This document shows positions 5,289 through 6,703 of a stretch of 6,703 bases of DNA, piece by piece. This DNA comes from a virus (taxonomy: Duplodnaviria; Heunggongvirae; Uroviricota; Caudoviricetes). The notes under the pieces were generated by a model. It saw nothing but the letters and a program-made list of their open reading frames with translations. It searched no databases and had not been told where the DNA came from. The translations under genes and the position numbers were made by a program. The stretch lies in IMG/VR virus record IMGVR_UViG_3300014539_000071, positions 1-6,703 of that record; one strand, written 5' to 3'. Within the stretch, counting starts at the first letter, position 1. The number at the start of each line of letters is the position of its first letter.

Positions 5289-6028
5289 TTAGCATACTCT
5301 CATCATCCATATTTTCTGTACCAAAACATAATGGCAGGGAAAATCAAGATAGCGTGCTTTATCCACTTCAAACACCAAATGGTTATCTTATGGCTATAGC
5401 TGATGGGGTTGGTGGTTATAAAGGAGGAAAAGAAGCATCTGCAGCAGTAATAAATCATTTGTATAGTATTAAAGACAGCTTCACTCATGAAGACAATGTC
5501 TTATCCTTACTTAAGACCCTACAAGAAAAGGTGGCATCTCTTTCGTCAGTTGATAAAGAATTAGCATCTGCTGCTACAACTTTAACAATGTGCCTACTTC
5601 ACAATCAAGGTCTAACAATTATACATGTAGGTGACTGTCGTGTTTATTTAAAAAATGGAAATAAGCTAATCCAATTAACAACAGATCATACTCAACATCA
5701 AATGTTGATAGATAGCGGTATTTATACAGCTCGACAGCTCAAAAATGCAAAAGGTAAAAATATTATTACAACTGCACTTGCTGCCAAGATCCCTCTTCAA
5801 CATCAAGTCATAAATATTGATAAAGATGAACTTCCTCTTGACGATGGTGTTCTATCTCTATTCATCATGTCTGATGGCGCGCATACCTTTTGGGAGCAAC
5901 GCCCACGATTTTCTTACCGTACATTGTCAACCGCATCAAGGTTTGCCTCCAGCCTAATGCGAAGAATAGAGACAAAAGGCCCGACTGACGATTATTCTCT
6001 TATAGCGGTAAATGTAAAGTATTTGTAA
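5285..6028 (+). CDS. PP2C-family (PPM) Ser/Thr protein phosphatase
   Basis: 247-aa ORF. PP2C metal-binding motifs: ENQDS near the N-terminus, DGxGG as ADGVGG, GDSR-like HVGDCRV, LTxDH as LTTDHT, SDG as MSDGAH, and C-terminal DDYSLIAVNV. Start ATG overlaps the kinase stop (ATGA at 5285-5288), implying translational coupling. Confidence 0.8.
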   Translation: MISILSSSIFSVPKHNGRENQDSVLYPLQTPNGYLMAIADGVGGYKGGKEASAAVINHLYSIKDSFTHEDNVLSLLKTLQEKVASLSSVDKELASAATTLTMCLLHNQGLTIIHVGDCRVYLKNGNKLIQLTTDHTQHQMLIDSGIYTARQLKNAKGKNIITTALAAKIPLQHQVINIDKDELPLDDGVLSLFIMSDGAHTFWEQRPRFSYRTLSTASRFASSLMRRIETKGPTDDYSLIAVNVKYL

Positions 6029-6032
6029 ACTT

Positions 6033-6059
6033 CCCGGCCACCGTGCCGGGTTTTCTTTT
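6033..6059 (+). terminator. Intrinsic terminator closing the repressor-kinase-phosphatase operon
   Basis: Stem CCCGGC (6033-6038) pairs with GCCGGG (6045-6050), loop caccgt, followed by TTTTCTTTT (6051-6059), beginning 5 nt after the phosphatase stop. No U-tract on the minus strand, so unidirectional. Confidence 0.7.
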
Positions 6060-6154
6060 ATCCCCTCCCCTCATCACGTATACCGTTCAAAAAACCACCA
6101 CAATCTCCCTTCAGTTATCGCTATGCGATGCAAGTCACAAAATAAATCCATCCT

Positions 6155-6236
6155 AAATACAACCAGTTACATCTAAAACAACCAATAAAACAACTTTTGT
6201 TGTTGACGATAAAACAACTATAGTTTTAAATAAATT
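6155..6236 (+). promoter_or_regulatory. Second operator-like cluster with a candidate pL-like promoter (OL-like region)
   Basis: Repeated half-sites resembling the 3712-3736 operator: ACAACCAG (6159-6166), ACAACCAA (6178-6185), AAAACAACT (6186-6194, 6211-6219). Inverted repeat AACAAC-TTTT-GTTGTT (6189-6204) overlaps a -35-like TTGACG (6203-6208); a weak -10-like TTAAAT follows at 6226-6231 after 17 nt. Promoter call is weak; the half-site clustering is the stronger signal. Confidence 0.3.
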
Positions 6237-6508
6237 CATCGCAACAACACAACGATACGGCAACCACCTGATTCACCGTTGCGATGACCGCTTAGATCCG
6301 CAGCTTGAATTTCAGCAGGCTTCGGGAAGTGCGAGGGGTGAAGCGGACGCGTGAACGTCGGTGTGACCAGCTGAAATCAACTCAACACTTCATACCTCAG
6401 TCGCTTCAACGAGGCGGCTTAGTTATGACAACCGGCGGCCATCCACCGCCTGAATACGCGCAGAAGTCTTTATATGTTCAGCAGCCCAGCTTACGGGCAG
6501 GAGTTTTT

Positions 6509-6703
6509 ATGGTTCATCAACATTACGGAACGCAGACCGTTAATCGCGGTGCGGTCATGCCAGGAATGCTGGTCAAACACAAAGATGGTACCTGGACTGC
6601 ATCAGCTAATTTATGCGGACGGCTATATCTGCATCGCGGCATCGAGCGCACTTATACCCGTGATTTGCTCGTGGAAGTTTTTCTCGACGGACGAGGCAAC
6701 GGC
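6509..6703 (+). CDS. 5' part of an ORF of unknown function running off the right edge of the window
   Basis: The frame is open from 6296 to the window end. ATG 6509 has a strong SD AGGAG (6499-6503) with 5-nt spacer and gives MVHQHYGTQTVNRGAVMPGMLVKHKDGTWTASANLCGRLYLHRGIERTYTRDLLVEVFLDGRGNG... An alternative in-frame ATG at 6425 has a weaker SD. Not in the ORF track, presumably because it has no stop inside the window. I do not recognise the product. Confidence 0.35.
   Translation, partial: MVHQHYGTQTVNRGAVMPGMLVKHKDGTWTASANLCGRLYLHRGIERTYTRDLLVEVFLDGRGNG

Noticed and set aside
5303-5488. 61-aa minus-strand ORF within the phosphatase gene
   Set aside because: Antisense to the PP2C ORF, which has multiple diagnostic motifs; AT-rich sequence readily produces spurious open frames.
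1-6703. CRISPR arrays, tRNA or rRNA genes, IS elements or att sites
   Set aside because: No regularly spaced direct repeats, no tRNA-like cloverleaf sequence, and no terminal inverted repeats with a transposase ORF were seen. In particular the porin is not interrupted by an IS5-like insertion as it is in E. coli K-12 (from memory).
6296-6703. Calling the 3' partial ORF an N-like antiterminator
   Set aside because: Position fits, but the translated N-terminus has no arginine-rich motif and no recognisable similarity to N proteins; left as unknown function.

Overview
This window reads as part of a lambdoid (phage 21 / DLP12-like) prophage of an Escherichia-type enterobacterium; all identifications are from reading the sequence and from memory, with no searches run. 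Minus strand, right to left: a short Cro-like HTH ORF, rusA resolvase, the small ORF ylcG, a Q-type late antiterminator, then a pinholin and SAR-endolysin lysis cassette, with the first codons of an Rz-like spanin at the left edge. An intact OmpC-family porin (NmpC/Lc-like) sits on the plus strand between Q and the lysis genes, flanked by terminators on both strands. The most interesting part is on the plus strand at 3701-6060: an immunity-style switch (divergent promoters sharing a palindromic operator) drives a CI/LexA-like S24 autopeptidase repressor, followed by a compact Hanks-type protein kinase and an overlapping PP2C-type phosphatase, closed by a clean terminator. This AT-rich kinase-phosphatase pair occupies the position of lambda rexAB (and, as I recall, 933W stk) and is my candidate for a lysogen-expressed exclusion or abortive-infection module. 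A second cluster of the same operator half-sites and an open frame running off the right edge follow. No rRNA, tRNA, CRISPR array or IS element was recognised.
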